Positions 1 through 12,631 of a DNA stretch of 64,000 nucleotides are shown here, piece after piece. The position numbers and the translations under genes were made by a program. This DNA comes from Haliotis rufescens (taxonomy: Eukaryota). The stretch's first letter is position 1. Each line of letters starts with the position of its first letter. The notes beneath the pieces are model-generated. The model had not been told where the DNA came from. It was given only the letters and a program-made list of their open reading frames with translations, and searched no databases. The DNA lies in assembly GCF_023055435.1 (NCBI RefSeq), contig NW_025963890.1, forward strand, positions 52,576,001 through 52,640,000, read 5' to 3'.

Positions 1-1108
1 CCTCCAGGAGGCAGAGTGCCGTGTCCAAGTGTGCTTTGTACTGCCTTGTGACTGCTGGCCAACTGAGCCAGAGACAGGCCTGGTGTGAGATTGCTCAGAC
101 CATGTGATCCTGTAGAGCTCCCAGAGACTAGCGCCTGTAAAGATAACCCTCTCCCCGATCCCTGAACTGTAGAGGAATTGTGTTGTTGAGCTAGAGCAGA
201 CAGAGAAAGTCCTCCTGCACTTTTGGTTGGAGAATGTTGTTTAGCAAGTTCAGCCAAGGACGATGAAGGAGAGTTGAATCCCTTGGAATGTGTCTGTTGG
301 TGTCTGGAAGCCAGTTCAGCCAGAGACAGTGAATCTGAACCTAAACTGGAGCTCTGAGACTTGGGACTTCCTGTGACGGCCTTGAAATGTGTGCTGGCCT
401 GACTGATGTTGATTCCAGCTGACACTGAAGACCCTAGGGCTACGCCCTCAGCTGATGCACAGTCCCCTGAGGATGGGCTTGGCCTTGGAGCTTGGATGCT
501 GAATTGGGTCTGTTTCTGCTGCTGATGCATTAACGCTAGCTGAGATAATGACACACCAGAGTCTGATCCAGCACTTGAACTCAATGAGGACTTTGGACTT
601 CTACCTTTAAGCTTTTGTTGAGAGGCAAGATCTTTAGGAAGTGATGTTTTATTGGGTTTGCAATCAAATTGTTCTGTGTCTGCTCCTTCAGAGCAATGAC
701 CTGATGTCAAATGAGCTTCATCAACTTTCATACTACCTAATGCCTGGGTTAGACCTGAAAGCTTTGGAATGTTAGAATTGAGGCACACATTATTCTTAAG
801 CCAATCCTGACTGGCCTTTATTCCCAACTGACCTTGATGACCTTTTGTAAGGTCAGCCAGTGACATGCCTACCTTACTTGAAACAGGTTTGGGTAATTCT
901 GAAATAGCAACAATGTGAGCCTTTGAAGAAATGCCTGACAATGGATTTGATTGTTTTTGACAGTGTCTCTGATTTGTCTCTTCAGAGGTCTCCCCGCTCC
1001 CCGGATCTGGAACCTCCCCGCTCCGTACGTCTGAAGCCTCCCCCCTCCCCGAGTCTGGAACCCTAACGTCAGACCCTGTGTCACTAGCTTCATCGCTATC
1101 ACTATCTC
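1..1108 (-). CDS. HBS1L: Large Ser-rich exon of HBS1L, likely the SKI7-like (HBS1LV3) alternative exon; truncated by the window edge
   Basis: Stop-free minus frame from 1108 to 1, phase-1 compatible with exon 4. There is an AAG acceptor at 1109 after a long pyrimidine-rich tract, and an alternative in-frame TTTCAG acceptor at 899. It encodes GDSDSDEASD...SLADLTKGH...SLSQLALMH...SLAELASRH...SLAELAKQH...SLSALAQQH...SLAQLASSH, i.e. repeated SLxxLA motifs like the vertebrate HBS1LV3 exon. Confidence 0.72.
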
Positions 1109-1261
1109 CTTACCTTACAAGCGCCAGACATCGTCACACAGAAACAGGCAGATGGATGACACCAAACACACACGGAACAGCAGATGGAAAGAAGAAAACA
1201 ACAGGCCACTGGTTAGACAATATTGTCACCCAAATATGAATATTTATAGCAAAAGTTGTAA

Positions 1262-4200
1262 ATTTTACAAAAACATTATACATTAATAATATTTATCCTA
1301 GCTCACACTGTGCATTTCTTCTTTCAAACCTATGTGGAAATGTGCTTCCAGCTTTTAATAAAAATTCACCCAAAACACATCCCAGCATCACCATGGTTAC
1401 AACCCGAACAAATCCTGTGCATAACAACCTACACGACACAATCACGTGATTGCCTCTGCCACATCGTTCTCCTTTGCAGAGCATATAGCCAAGAGGAGCT
1501 GTGACGCGGGGATGGTTGGGAGTGCACATAGCATGTGAGATTGGATAAGTATATAAATGTACAATTCACTGTGAAATTTACAAAATTTTAAACTTATCCT
1601 ATCTCACATTATGCATCCCATGGTTGGATGGTGGGAAGAAGGTGCTAAACAGATCGGGCAGATCACGCATGACGTGTTTTCATGTAGAATGAATGACTAT
1701 GTGGCTGTAAAAAATAACTGATACAACGTACGACTTATAATCGATCTGGAAGAGGTTTTCTGGCAAAGATAGGACACTGCTCTATCTCTCACGGACAATA
1801 GAGTGCATGCTAAGGAGAGGAACGATCGACAATATCCACAAGAGGATCTTCAAATCAATAACAGGCACATGAAGAAATCAGCCGTGAGCGGGTTAAGGAT
1901 TCAGGACACCGTCAAAATGGCCACATCAATTAATCCACCCTCCAGTCTGGGAACACAAATAATTAAACACAATAAACACAGGATGCAAAGTTCCAGGATT
2001 TATTTGGTATATACATGATTTGTAGTATGAAAAACCCGGAGCGGGTACGCATGTCTACCATCTGCGCTGTTGTGCAGTCATCGGCTGCTGAGCCAGGACC
2101 AAGGGCCCGAATTAGTGAAAACACTGGACGTCAGTAACAGAGATGTCACAGAGGTAGTGCGAGGCAAAGCTTCCAGAAGCAGCCTTCTTATAATAGCGGA
2201 GAGAGAACTGTTGCTATGTAGGGCCATGGTAGAAGCGACTGCCCGAAACTCGTGAGGATTGATATGACAGGTGGGATATAGGCCTGTGGGATGGTCAAGC
2301 GAAGCCAAAATAAAATCATAGTACGGGAAACTTCCGTTGGGGCCGCCGTGGTAAGTGAAATGAAGAGTCTCGGGAGCGACAAAGTGGTTGTGCAGCCTCA
2401 AGGTAGACCCGAAGCGCTCGAACCGGACACAAAGAAATGTCTGAACGGTCGGATGAACTCAGGATTTACGTCAGCAACAGGATGGTAGACAAACGATCTG
2501 GTTGGCCTGGAAGCAGATTTTTTTGCGATAAAAGTCCATCATAGTCACAGAGAAGCCTTCCCATTCTCTAAGCTCTTGAACTGGACCCTGTTAACATCCA
2601 GAGCATCCAACACACTAACTCATGCCGCAGTTGCAAGGGCCAGGAGGAAGGTCTTGAAGGTGATCAACTCCAAAGGATTGTCAGCAAGCATTCATATTCT
2701 CCCAAGAAGGCGTCCAGAAACGAAATGACTAGTCCACCAACTTGTAGGACAAACTTAGGGACTGAAGCTTAGCAACAGAGATATCTCTGATCCAGTTGTA
2801 GTTGCAATGACTGAGTTGATCGCAGCAAGAAAAGCAGCCAAAGTTGACCCTTTAAGTTTCCTGGTAAATGATGGGAGGTAATCAGCGATCTGTTGCGGAG
2901 AATAGGTGGGGGAAGTGGCGATGTCATGACGCGACAGTAGGCATCAAACATTTTCCATTTGTTGACATAGAGGATCTTAGCAGAGGAATGGTGAGCTTCC
3001 ATGATGGTCTTTGCTACTCTCTTGGAATACCTCTTGTCGATGAGTGACCTCTGGAGACGCACCAAACACAAAGATGGAGGGTTTTAGACGATGGCTTGAG
3101 CAGCTCAGAGTGAGGCTGAAGGGGAAGGTCATCACGTAGGTAGAATCTTCTTTCTGCGAGTTGGACCAATGAGGTGCACCAACTCCAAGTTGGTCAAAAG
3201 GACGCCGATGTCAGAAGGCCTGTTAGCAAGGATGTAAGAGCAGCTGTCGGAGACGCTACATCTTCAGCAACCAGTCCGTAGAATGAACTTCTTGCTGAGG
3301 CGTGTTTTCAAAAGGGCCTGATGAGGGTCGTCCCTGACTAGCCTATCTTGACAAGCCACCCGATTTGATGGAGAAGCCTTTGCATACACTCAAAATGATG
3401 CATGAGGACGTCTGGGTCTGCATTAGCCTGAAAGCAGTCGTCTATATAGGACTCGAACATGATCCCTCAGATGTGCAGGAACTGCGTGATGGGCTCAGTA
3501 GTATGGGTCAAGAGCCAAGGGGCCGAGGAAATTCCAAACGGGAGCACCTTCCATTGGTAGTGGAGGCCTTGGAAATAAACTGAAGGAAATGGCGGAGCTC
3601 CCGGTTGATGGGAACGTGCAGGTATGTATCTTGAAGGTTAAGGCTAACCATGAAATCGCTGGGACGAATGATCATACAGAGAAGCATCATACAGAGATGT
3701 GGTGGATTTGCTAGATACAATGCAAGATCTTAATGTTGAAGAAGTTGAGGCAGAGCTTCAGACAGGCTTTCATTGAGTGAACTCCAGGAGTCTCAGGTAT
3801 GGGACATAGACACTCTGTAGTGTGTTTTGCAAGATACATACCGATCATCTCCTTGAGCACTTTAAGCTGGCTGGCCAGATACAGGCGACGAGATGGCATG
3901 GACGTCACAGGTGGAGTTGCCGTGACCGTAAAAGCAACTTTTCCTGGAACGGCAACTCTTGAGGACTGACTGTTCTGGGACTATCTGACACCCACCCCAT
4001 TATAGGCTACCGAGAGCACAGGCAAGGCAGAATCCAAAGGTGGTTGGACAGCAACAGAGGGGACACCTGTCTAAAAAGGCCGTCTTGAATGATTTCTTAG
4101 GCCTTTTGGCAGACGAAGGTTTAGGCTTGTCCAAATCTTGTGACTGAGAGCGCCAATCAATCTCCCTCCTCTTACAGTTGTGTATATAGACAATAAAGGA

Positions 4201-4478
4201 CTCTTCTGTTCACATTCAGAGCAGCATTTGTCCAAACTACAAAATTTGTTAGGGTCAGATTTGGAAAAGTTATGGCAACATGATGGGGAAATGATGCGGC
4301 AGAGGCAATCACGTGATCATATCGTGTAGGTCGCTATTCACAGGTTAAAGTGTGTGATCCATTTGTTACGGTGCTTGGGTGAATTGTTTTTAGAAGCTGG
4401 AAACTTTGTTCCACATGGGATCGAAAGAAGGAAGAAATGCATAGTGTGAGATAGGATAAGTTTAAAATTAACATTTTA
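1262..4478 (-). mobile_element. Degenerate DIRS1-type tyrosine-recombinase retrotransposon in HBS1L intron 4
   Basis: Inverted terminal repeats at ~1288-1475 and ~4286-4468, with an internal complementary region at ~1524-1616. RT remnant SLNLQDTYLHVPINRELRHFLQF (~3580-3670). YR remnant HEFRAVASTMALHSNSSLSAII...TSSVFT (~2110-2260). Frames are broken. Confidence 0.85.
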
Positions 4479-5067
4479 TCAACAGAAATCAATGAACAGT
4501 TTCAATCCTGTTGATGGTTATTCACTTGCTTAACACAGTATCAAAATTTTTCAAAAATTTGAGTTGTAACACTGAGTATTTAAGTCCAGGAAACATCAAC
4601 AATGTGCCTCCAAATTACCTTGAGATTTGTTCCGTCGATTTTGTCGTGGTGCTCTCTGAGGCTTGGGTGCTTCTGAAAAGACCCAGGAAAATGAATGCAA
4701 TATGCATAAAATGTAAATTCAAAATTAGTGGCTTGGTATCGGCGCTTGTGTGGAATTCCTATATTATTCCTAACATATAAAATAAGGAATATCAAAAATG
4801 GGCGTCACACATTCAGGGTTTTACTTTGACCAACAAAACTGGAGGTCCAGGGGTCTCACACATAATTACTTTCAAGGGTCCATACAGAAAATATTACGAT
4901 CCTGTAAAGTATTTAACTTGTGTAGCATACTGTTCTTTACTGTAGATTTGATAATTACTTTAAATACAGGACCTATATATTTCTTGTCAAGAAATCAGGT
5001 GATGGATGCTTGGTTGTTACCAACCACATCAATATTCATACTTAGTAACAATTATGTGAACATAGCC

Positions 5068-6080
5068 ACCTTGCTGTGTCAGGTAAACCCCCACCTCGCT
5101 GTGACAGGTAAACCCCAACCTTGCTGTGTCAGGCAAACCCCCACCTCCCTGTGACAGGTAAACCCCAACCTTGCTGTGTCAGGTAAACCCCCACCTTGCT
5201 GTGACAGGTAAACCCCACCTTGCTGTGACAGGTAAACCCCCACCTTGCTGTGTCAGGTAAACCCCCACCTCGCTGTGTCAGGCAAACCCCCACCTCCCTG
5301 TGACAGGTAAACCCCAACCTTGCTGTGTCAGGTAAACCCCCACCTTGCTGTGACAGGTAAACCCCACCTTGCTGTGACAGGTAAACCCCCACCTTGCTGT
5401 GACAGGTAAACCCCACCTTTCTGTGTCAGGTGAATGAGCCCCACCTCGCTGTGACAGGCAAACCCCCACCTCCCTGTGACAGGTAAACCCCAACCTTGCT
5501 GTGTCAGGTAAACCCCCACCTTGCTGTGACAGGTAAACCCCCACCTTGCTGTGACAGGTAAACCCCCACCTTGCTGTGACAGGTAAACCCCCACCTTGCT
5601 GTGACAGGTAAACCCCCACCTTTCTGTGACAGGTAAACCCCACCTTTCTGTGTCAGGTGAATGAGCCCCACCTTTCTGTGACAGGTAACACCCCCCTTTC
5701 TGTGACAGGTAAACCCCTACCTTTCTGTGACAGGTAACCCCCCACCTTTCTGTGACAGGTAACCCCCCACCTTTCTGTGACAGGTCAACCCCTACGTTTC
5801 TGTGACAGGTAACACCCCCCTTTCTGTGACAGGTAAACCCCTACCTTTCTGTGACAGGTAACCCCCCACCTTTCTGTGACAGGTAAACCCCTACGTTTCT
5901 GTGACAGGTAAACCCCTACCTTTCTGTGACAGGTAAACCCCCACCTCACTGTGACAGGTAAACCCCCACCTTGCTGTGACAGGTAAACCCCCACCTTGCT
6001 GTGACAGGTAAACCCCCACCTTGCTGTGACAGGTAAACCCCCACCTTGCTATGACAGGTAACCCCACCTTTCTTTGACAG
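5068..6080. repeat. ~25-bp minisatellite (~40 copies) derived from the HBS1L exon 4 donor junction
   Basis: Minus-strand unit CTGTCACAGCAAG|GTGGGGGTTTAC versus the real junction CTGTCAAAGAAAG|GTGGGGTTAC. Confidence 0.92.
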
Positions 6081-9000
6081 CAGCTCATCCAGCGAAGCCT
6101 GCAGGTTGAACTTGTGTTTGATGATGATCTCCGTGTACACTGAGTCAGGGCGAGACTCCCCCAGTATGTTATGGACCTCCTCCAAACAGCTGTTTAGTTT
6201 AGCTGTTCCAAAATAAAATATCTATGAAGATCTATGTCCACTCCTTGAACTGCGGAGTAAATCCATGATTACTTCCATTAAATGGGAGAACAGTGTTTGA
6301 AAGGCTGCATGTTACACAGGAAATCCCAGAAAACACCCTACATTTCATCCCTAGGACGTTCTTGAATAGACATTCTTCATGTACTGCATTGTCTGGTAGT
6401 AGTGTAAGGGTATTTAATACATAGCAATCATGGGAATACGTTCCTTGTGAGTCTTCTACCTACCATGTACATTACTGAATGTCGTTTGCTTCAAGTGAAA
6501 CATTATTTTGCATCCAAACTAATTTACTTTCAAATTCTGTTTTATTTGTGTGTTTTTTTAACACTGCACCAAGCAATATTCCAGCTATCATATGGCGGTC
6601 TGTAAATAATCAAGTCTTGAGGAGACTCTTTTCAGTGATTGATATCACACAATTGGGATATGATGACATGATCAACCAAGTCACCAAGCCTGACCACCCG
6701 GTCCTGTTAGTCGCCTTATGCAGTGTTCGAAATACCTGCCTGCCCGACCGTCCGAGACGGGTTGATTTCACATTGGGCTGCCAGATTTTCAAATCCCCCT
6801 GCTCGACGGTCGGGTTATATTTCATATGTAAAAATATTCTAAACATTTCTTGATGATAAGCATTACAGTGATCGCTCGCTATTGCGCTCTTCGATAAAGC
6901 GCTACCTCGGTTACTACGCGCGGTAACACATGGCTCCCCAAATTTATGTACACTTTTATTACTGATAGTTTTACACAGACATAATTGTATTGTTGTTCGT
7001 TGTTCATTTGCACATAACTCTTCTCATTGCATAATCAACCGTTTATCGCTGAATGGAGTTCTAATAATCTGTTTGAAAACATCCGCGGCAAGTCCCGGAA
7101 ATACGATTGTTCAACTAGTTAACTTTTCACACTATACATCCTTTGATCTTAGAAGCGCATGCATGCAATAAAACAGAACCACAAGCGAAGTTTATATTCT
7201 TAATTAGTGGGCAATCCAATTTAAGGCTAAACTGTCACACACATGTAGCTGCTGTCACAACACGGCGGTCATTCATTTCGTAATCGCGCTTTCGTAACAT
7301 CGCCTGGTTTTTTTCCGTAGTTATAACAAGCGATTTCATTGGATTAAAATTTGTTTCTAATGACGTTTTCTTGCCGAAATCTGCTACAAGTTTCGTGATT
7401 GGTCAATTTTGAGCATGTGACCTCAGGCAGCCAATCAAATTATAGCTGTGATACCAAGCTCGTGTTTGATAAATTTCAGAAGTTAGCGAAAGATTTTTTG
7501 TTAAATCGTGTTATTCTGAACGTTTTAAGGAGGAAATCACGATATATATTAAAAATATGGAACTTCGCAAATGTATCGTGCTAGGTTACGAGCTGTGACA
7601 AAGATTTTTCATGCATATATTTTTGCTTTAAACGTTGTGTCCGAGCCGAGAATTCAAGGCGACGAAAGCCGAGATGTCATTTGACTTACATTACACGCGA
7701 TCGCACGAAACGATGGAAATAATAACTTAGATGTAAGTTTGATTACTTTTAGATATATTTTTGTTGATTTTATTTATCACTTTGTATAATATATTTAAAG
7801 ATTTGCTTAAAATAGTCTTTATTTTGCTCTTTGACATGTTCGATGCGGACCCGTTGTCGAAATGTGTGTCCGAGAATTTTATTTTCAATAACATCGCGGG
7901 AAATAGTGAATAATTTTTTGATTTATTGATAAAAAATGATAAATTAGAATGGAATACGTATTTCAGACATTGTGAAATGTGACAGATTTAATAAATGGAT
8001 GATATTACAGGTAGATCTAGGTCCATAAAAATATTTACTATTTTGACGTGACGTGAGATAAACACATATTGATGATTTGAGATTTGCCGAGCGCGCTCCC
8101 CCGCCTCGGCCTCGGTTAAACGGCTCATCGTCTATAACGCCCACCAATTATTTGGACCCCATTGGTAGCGTTGTAGCGAGGGACCACTGTATTTACATGA
8201 TGTATTCTAGGATATTAAATACAAATCTGACCTAAAAAGTGTTTGCTATTTCTTTTCTTGTATTACTTCATGTTCCATGAATTCGATTTAAAGTTTTAAT
8301 TAAATTATCCTGAGAAACATGATTATAGTGGGCTGGCAGGTTTTGGTCAGGGCTGGCAAGTATTTCTGCTAGCCAGTCAGTCATGTGGAAAATACCCTGC
8401 CTTATGCCAAGCATAATTTGCTGAAAATCAATTCTAAGCTGGCTATTCATGGGTAAATTCCATTCTGCCTGGTGAGTTTAAACTTTACCTCGATCAACAT
8501 CATTCAGTTTCTTGTCTGTCTGTCCTGATGACGCCCCCTGGTGGCCAGTGTCGTCGTCACTCTCCACCCCCTCCACCTCATCATCTCCGCCCATGTACGT
8601 GGCAAACGTGGTCTGGCCGCGGTTGAATGTGAACTGAGCAGCTGAAACAGGACTACTCTGGTCAGTCTTAACAAGCGATGGGACAATACACCCATGCATC
8701 GGTGGATTGTGATATTTTACTTCCTGATTCAAGTATCCATCACAGTCACACACTAGGTAAAAAGTATTGATTCATACCTTAAATGTTTGCTTCCATGGCT
8801 GTTACACCAAACACTAAATAGTAGTGAAAATAATCCAGCTATATGATGGCGGTCTGTAAACAATCGAGTCTGGATCAGAAAATTCAGTGATTGATATCAT
8901 GAGCATGGATCCATGCAATTGAGATACGATGACACACATCCACTAAGTCAGTGAGCCTGATCACCCGATCCTGTTCTTCATGGGGTACAAGTATGGGATG

Positions 9001-11318
9001 CTGAAAACCTTTTCTACCCCGCATCTTCACGGATCTCTACCCAGTCCTCTAAGTAGCTACCATTTTGGTGGACAAATGTGACTTAAATCTATGATTGGCA
9101 ACCTAGATTTATCTACTGCTCGCCACTTGGCTCCCTAAAAGTACGGTAACTGGCAAAAATATCTGTTTAAGATATCTGGAGGCTCCTAAAAACTCAGGTT
9201 TGGCTCCTAAAGTGTTCATGTTAAGAGCCACTTGGTTCCCTAACAAAAAAACGAACTTAGAGGGCTGCTACCACAGGACAAAAGGCACCCTACCTGTCCC
9301 TGGGGAGATACAGAAGTTGTCCTCCACAGACTGGCCATAGTACTCGTCATCATCATCGTACTCTGCAAAACACAACATAGTCCTGCATGTACAACTTCAA
9401 CATTACTGAGTGCATCATTACCCATGCTAACCCAAACAGCATTCCTACAAAGAAGACATAACATTTCTCCACAACTTGCCTCCATTTAGTTCCTAACTCA
9501 CACACAGATCAGATTCTATGTAACCAGTGTCTGATATGAAAGTGGTCCTGGGGACCTTCAGCATGTTCAGGTCTTCCATGGCGTTTGAATCAAGACACCC
9601 CTAAATCCTTCGGGATAACACAAGACATTTTAGCTTTCATACTTAAATTGGAATACTGCTGGTAATGATTACATGTACAAAGAGTACAGTTGTAGACATG
9701 GTAGAAGGCTTCAAGACGGCTTCATGTGTCACATGAACTTAAGCACGATTGGTAACATCCAGAGGAACCCATTCATCCAGACAGTACCATTCCCAGTGAA
9801 ATCAAGCAGACTAACAAATCCTGGATGAATGAATCTAACCATACATATAAATGTTCCTAACAGAACACGGCCAGACTGAGGCGCTTTCAGGGAAATGGGG
9901 TCCTCACAAACAAGGTTTCATAACAATTAAGTTTTTAACGTTAAGGTAATGAATTTCATCAAATTATATAAGCTGACATCTTTTGCTTGTAGTTTTGCAG
10001 ATAAGCATGCTAAGGACGACGGGAACAGTACCTAGCATTATGATGATTCCCACCACTGACTTCAAGTATATGTATGTACAAGTTATACCAGTATATCAGG
10101 AAATGACATAATAATTGAATTTCTAAAACATAACTCATAATTAACCAGATGATAAAATATCATGGCCTTAATCACACAGTCCACCTGAAAAGACAGTTTC
10201 AGATGTGGTGAGAGGGTTTAATAGATCAATTACACAATGCTCCATGAGTGATAAAATATATTTGTATTAACATGATTTATGTGCATTTGTAAGCGGTCTG
10301 ACAGTATTATCCGCATTAGAAATTGGCACTAGTACTGTAGTCCTTGCCAAACTGCCTAATAGTTAAGGTATCACAAGGACTAGTAGAAAATAGACATTTT
10401 AGGTTTTTTTCTATATGTTAACATCATAGAGTAAGGACTAGTGGACTGACACTGTTAGTTTCTACCACTGACTTTGAGTGTAGGAGGCCTACTCCAGCAG
10501 GTCACAAAGGTCTACGAAGCCCAATTTTATCATGTTTGTGAGGACTTATTATGAACTGTCAATTCACATATAGTGGGATATTAGTTTATAAATTTGGAAA
10601 GTGTATAATCTTGCCCTGAATCATTACCTATGTTTATCACACTAAACAATTATCGGAGGTTTTGAGTCATTATAGCACAAAAGTGCAGTTTATCAGAAAC
10701 AGCACTCTCTACAATATGATACGACACTTCTGTACAAACAGCCATTGTTCCATGTTGCACTGATCCCACTGTCGTAGCTGCTGCACATTCTAAACCGACT
10801 GAGATTTATGTTGCTTTATTCATTCCTTTACCATGTTTACAACCGTCCAGGATTGAGATCCCTTCATATGATGTCTTTAAAATCAATAAGGATAGGTATT
10901 TTTAATGTAATACTGTATGTCACACAGGGAAGAGCGTCCATAAAGTGTTCTACATTGTTCATATCGCAATAACATTTTTTTATTGTTGATCAGTACGATT
11001 AAGCCTGCGTGCTATTTAAAGGCTGAATTTCAATTGATCTTTCACCACATTCCACGTCTATAACGCTGCTGAGTTAGATCCATGTGTTGTATCGTGACGA
11101 ATTTGACACGGCAAACGTAGTTTTCTCCCTACAGATTTCTCTTTAGATGATGAAATATGAAGAAAACATCATCTGATGACACTGGCGCGGAAAGTTCCTT
11201 TCTATCGGATCCAGCATGTTTGGAATCGTCAGATCGAATTACAGGGGCACGCCATCCTTCTCTATTGATACTTACCATCATCTAGGTTCATGCCACGCAC
11301 AGCCCTGTGGCGGGACAT
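6068..11318 (-). CDS. HBS1L: HBS1-like protein, coding exons 1-4 (N-terminal domain); gene continues past the left edge
   Basis: Exons 11276-11318, 9294-9362, 8489-8641 and 6068-6202 have GT-AG phase-1 junctions. They splice to [46 protein letters not shown]...AKLNSCLEEVHNILGESRPDSVYTEIIIKHKFNLQASLDELLSKK, matching the conserved HBS1L N-terminus (MARHRNVRG...YGQSVEDDYCISPSTAAQF). Confidence 0.93.
6546..6720 (-). mobile_element. SINE family B copy, split by an insertion (resumes at ~8400-8416)
   Basis: Matches other B copies (cagcaatattccagctat...gaccacccg...ttagtcgcc); the continuation ccttatgccaagcat follows the insertion. Confidence 0.7.
6721..8399. mobile_element. Non-autonomous DNA transposon (CAG...CTG ends, 7-bp duplication; P or hAT type)
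   Basis: Interrupts a SINE. CCTTATG is duplicated at 6714-6720 and 8400-8406; ends are cagtgtt and taccctg. Confidence 0.55.
6866..8189. mobile_element. Tc1/mariner-pogo-type non-autonomous element nested in the previous element
   Basis: TA|CAGTGATCGCTCGCTA ... TAGCGAGGGACCACTG|TA terminal inverted repeats with a TA duplication; no transposase ORF. Confidence 0.7.
8800..9035 (-). mobile_element. SINE family B copy (diverged)
   Basis: Colinear with other B copies, ending ctaccccgcatcttcacgg. Confidence 0.7.
9042..9267. mobile_element. Small MITE
   Basis: TIRs CAGTCCTCTAAGT / ACTTAGAGGGCTG with CTACC on both flanks; internal ggctcctaaa subrepeats. Confidence 0.5.
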
Positions 11319-11700
11319 CGTGCATGAATATGTGATGGAAAAATATTTATTATTGCAAGCCTTCTCTTCGCATACGAAACATTTTCTCACCGGAAGATGG
11401 TTGTAGCCATACAAAGCTATTACCTTTCATGTGATTTTCATATCTTTTTCTTGCAATATCGTTTGGAAAGATTAATTACTATGTTAGTCGTATAATATAG
11501 CAATATTTCAGTAAACCCGTCAGAATAACAATGACATGTTGTTTCACAAAATACGAAACGTTTTCACTACCCACTCCACTAAGGGCAGATCATTTTGCGG
11601 GAAACGTAAACACGGATGTTCGACGTGCTGGCTACGTGTCTTTCCGAAGAACATAGTAGGAGCCTACAAAAGTTAACAGGGTACGATACAAGTATATTTT
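11319..11700. promoter_or_regulatory. Probable bidirectional promoter region of HBS1L and ITPA
   Basis: Divergent genes with ATGs 1.47 kb apart. The ITPA ATG exon is preceded by an acceptor (tgtcctcag, 12779), implying an upstream non-coding exon; most of 12027-12631 is transposon. TSS positions are inferred. Confidence 0.45.
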
Positions 11701-12026
11701 CTCCTAAGATCGGTCATCGTTAGTGTACTGCAACGACCTGAAACAAATGCTATGTCACTTTTAGTTTCCACAATTAATGAAGGTGAATTCGTAGCCATGG
11801 AGAATTTGTACATACTCCCTACTCGTAGACAACATTTACCATGAACTCGTAGACAACATTTACCATGAACTCGTAGACTAAACAAGTATAATTATGATGT
11901 GGTTAATAATCGACGTTCCCGCGCTAAGGGAAGCGTGCACCGACATGCCAACAGCTGATTTGACCGGCCTGGACAAAGTATCCTTGGATCTATCCCCGTG
12001 TTATGGGTTTTCGGACGCTTAGAAAC

Positions 12027-12430
12027 TTGGGCTTGGACGGGTAACTCGGGTCGGGTGGGTACTGAGGAGGACCCGGGTACCCACAGGACTACCCGGACAC
12101 GTGGTTAGTCACTTGATATATTGTTTAATGACAAAAAGTATCTAAAACTCTTATGATTAAACTACAAGTCACTAATGTTCACATTTCTACTACGCCAATT
12201 CCTTCTGACTTTTATATGTTTGAATAAAAATAAAACTTCCGTCAACTTCAGTATATACATCAGATCGTTTCATACATGTATCTAAACACATTTTACCAGA
12301 GCTACGGTCAAACCTTTCCCAATCGGACAGTTTGTACCTACCTCTTGAGACCTACAGCGGGTACCCAGGTAGGGTCGGGGAATAGGGGGGTGGGTACCCG
12401 AGTAGTAAATTTGGACTCGTCCCAGCCCTA
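12027..12430. mobile_element. hAT-type MITE
   Basis: Ends ttgggcttggacg and cgtcccagcccta; 8-bp TSD TTAGAAAC at 12019-12026 and 12431-12438. Second copy at ~61970-62332. Confidence 0.8.
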
Positions 12431-12462
12431 TTAGAAACACACATATTTTCTCTAATCATATG

Positions 12463-12631
12463 GGGCGGTCGGGTAGCCTAGTGGTTAAAGCGTTCGCTCG
12501 TCACGCCGAAGACCCGGGTTCGATTCCCCACATGGGTACAATGTGTGAAGCCCATATCTGGTGTCCCCCGCCGTGATATTGCTGGAATATTGCTAAAAGC
12601 AGCGTAAAACCACACTCACTCACTCACTCAC
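12463..12631 (+). mobile_element. tRNA-derived SINE family A
   Basis: A box TAGCCTAGTGG, B box GGTTCGATTCC, (ACTC)n tail; TSD tctct(a/g)atcatatg. Confidence 0.88.

Noticed and set aside
869-1102. 77-aa ORF from the ORF track
   Set aside because: Overlaps the longer open HBS1L exon frame in a different phase.
12463-12535. tRNA gene
   Set aside because: The tRNA-like head continues into a SINE body and tail with TSDs, and multiple dispersed copies exist.
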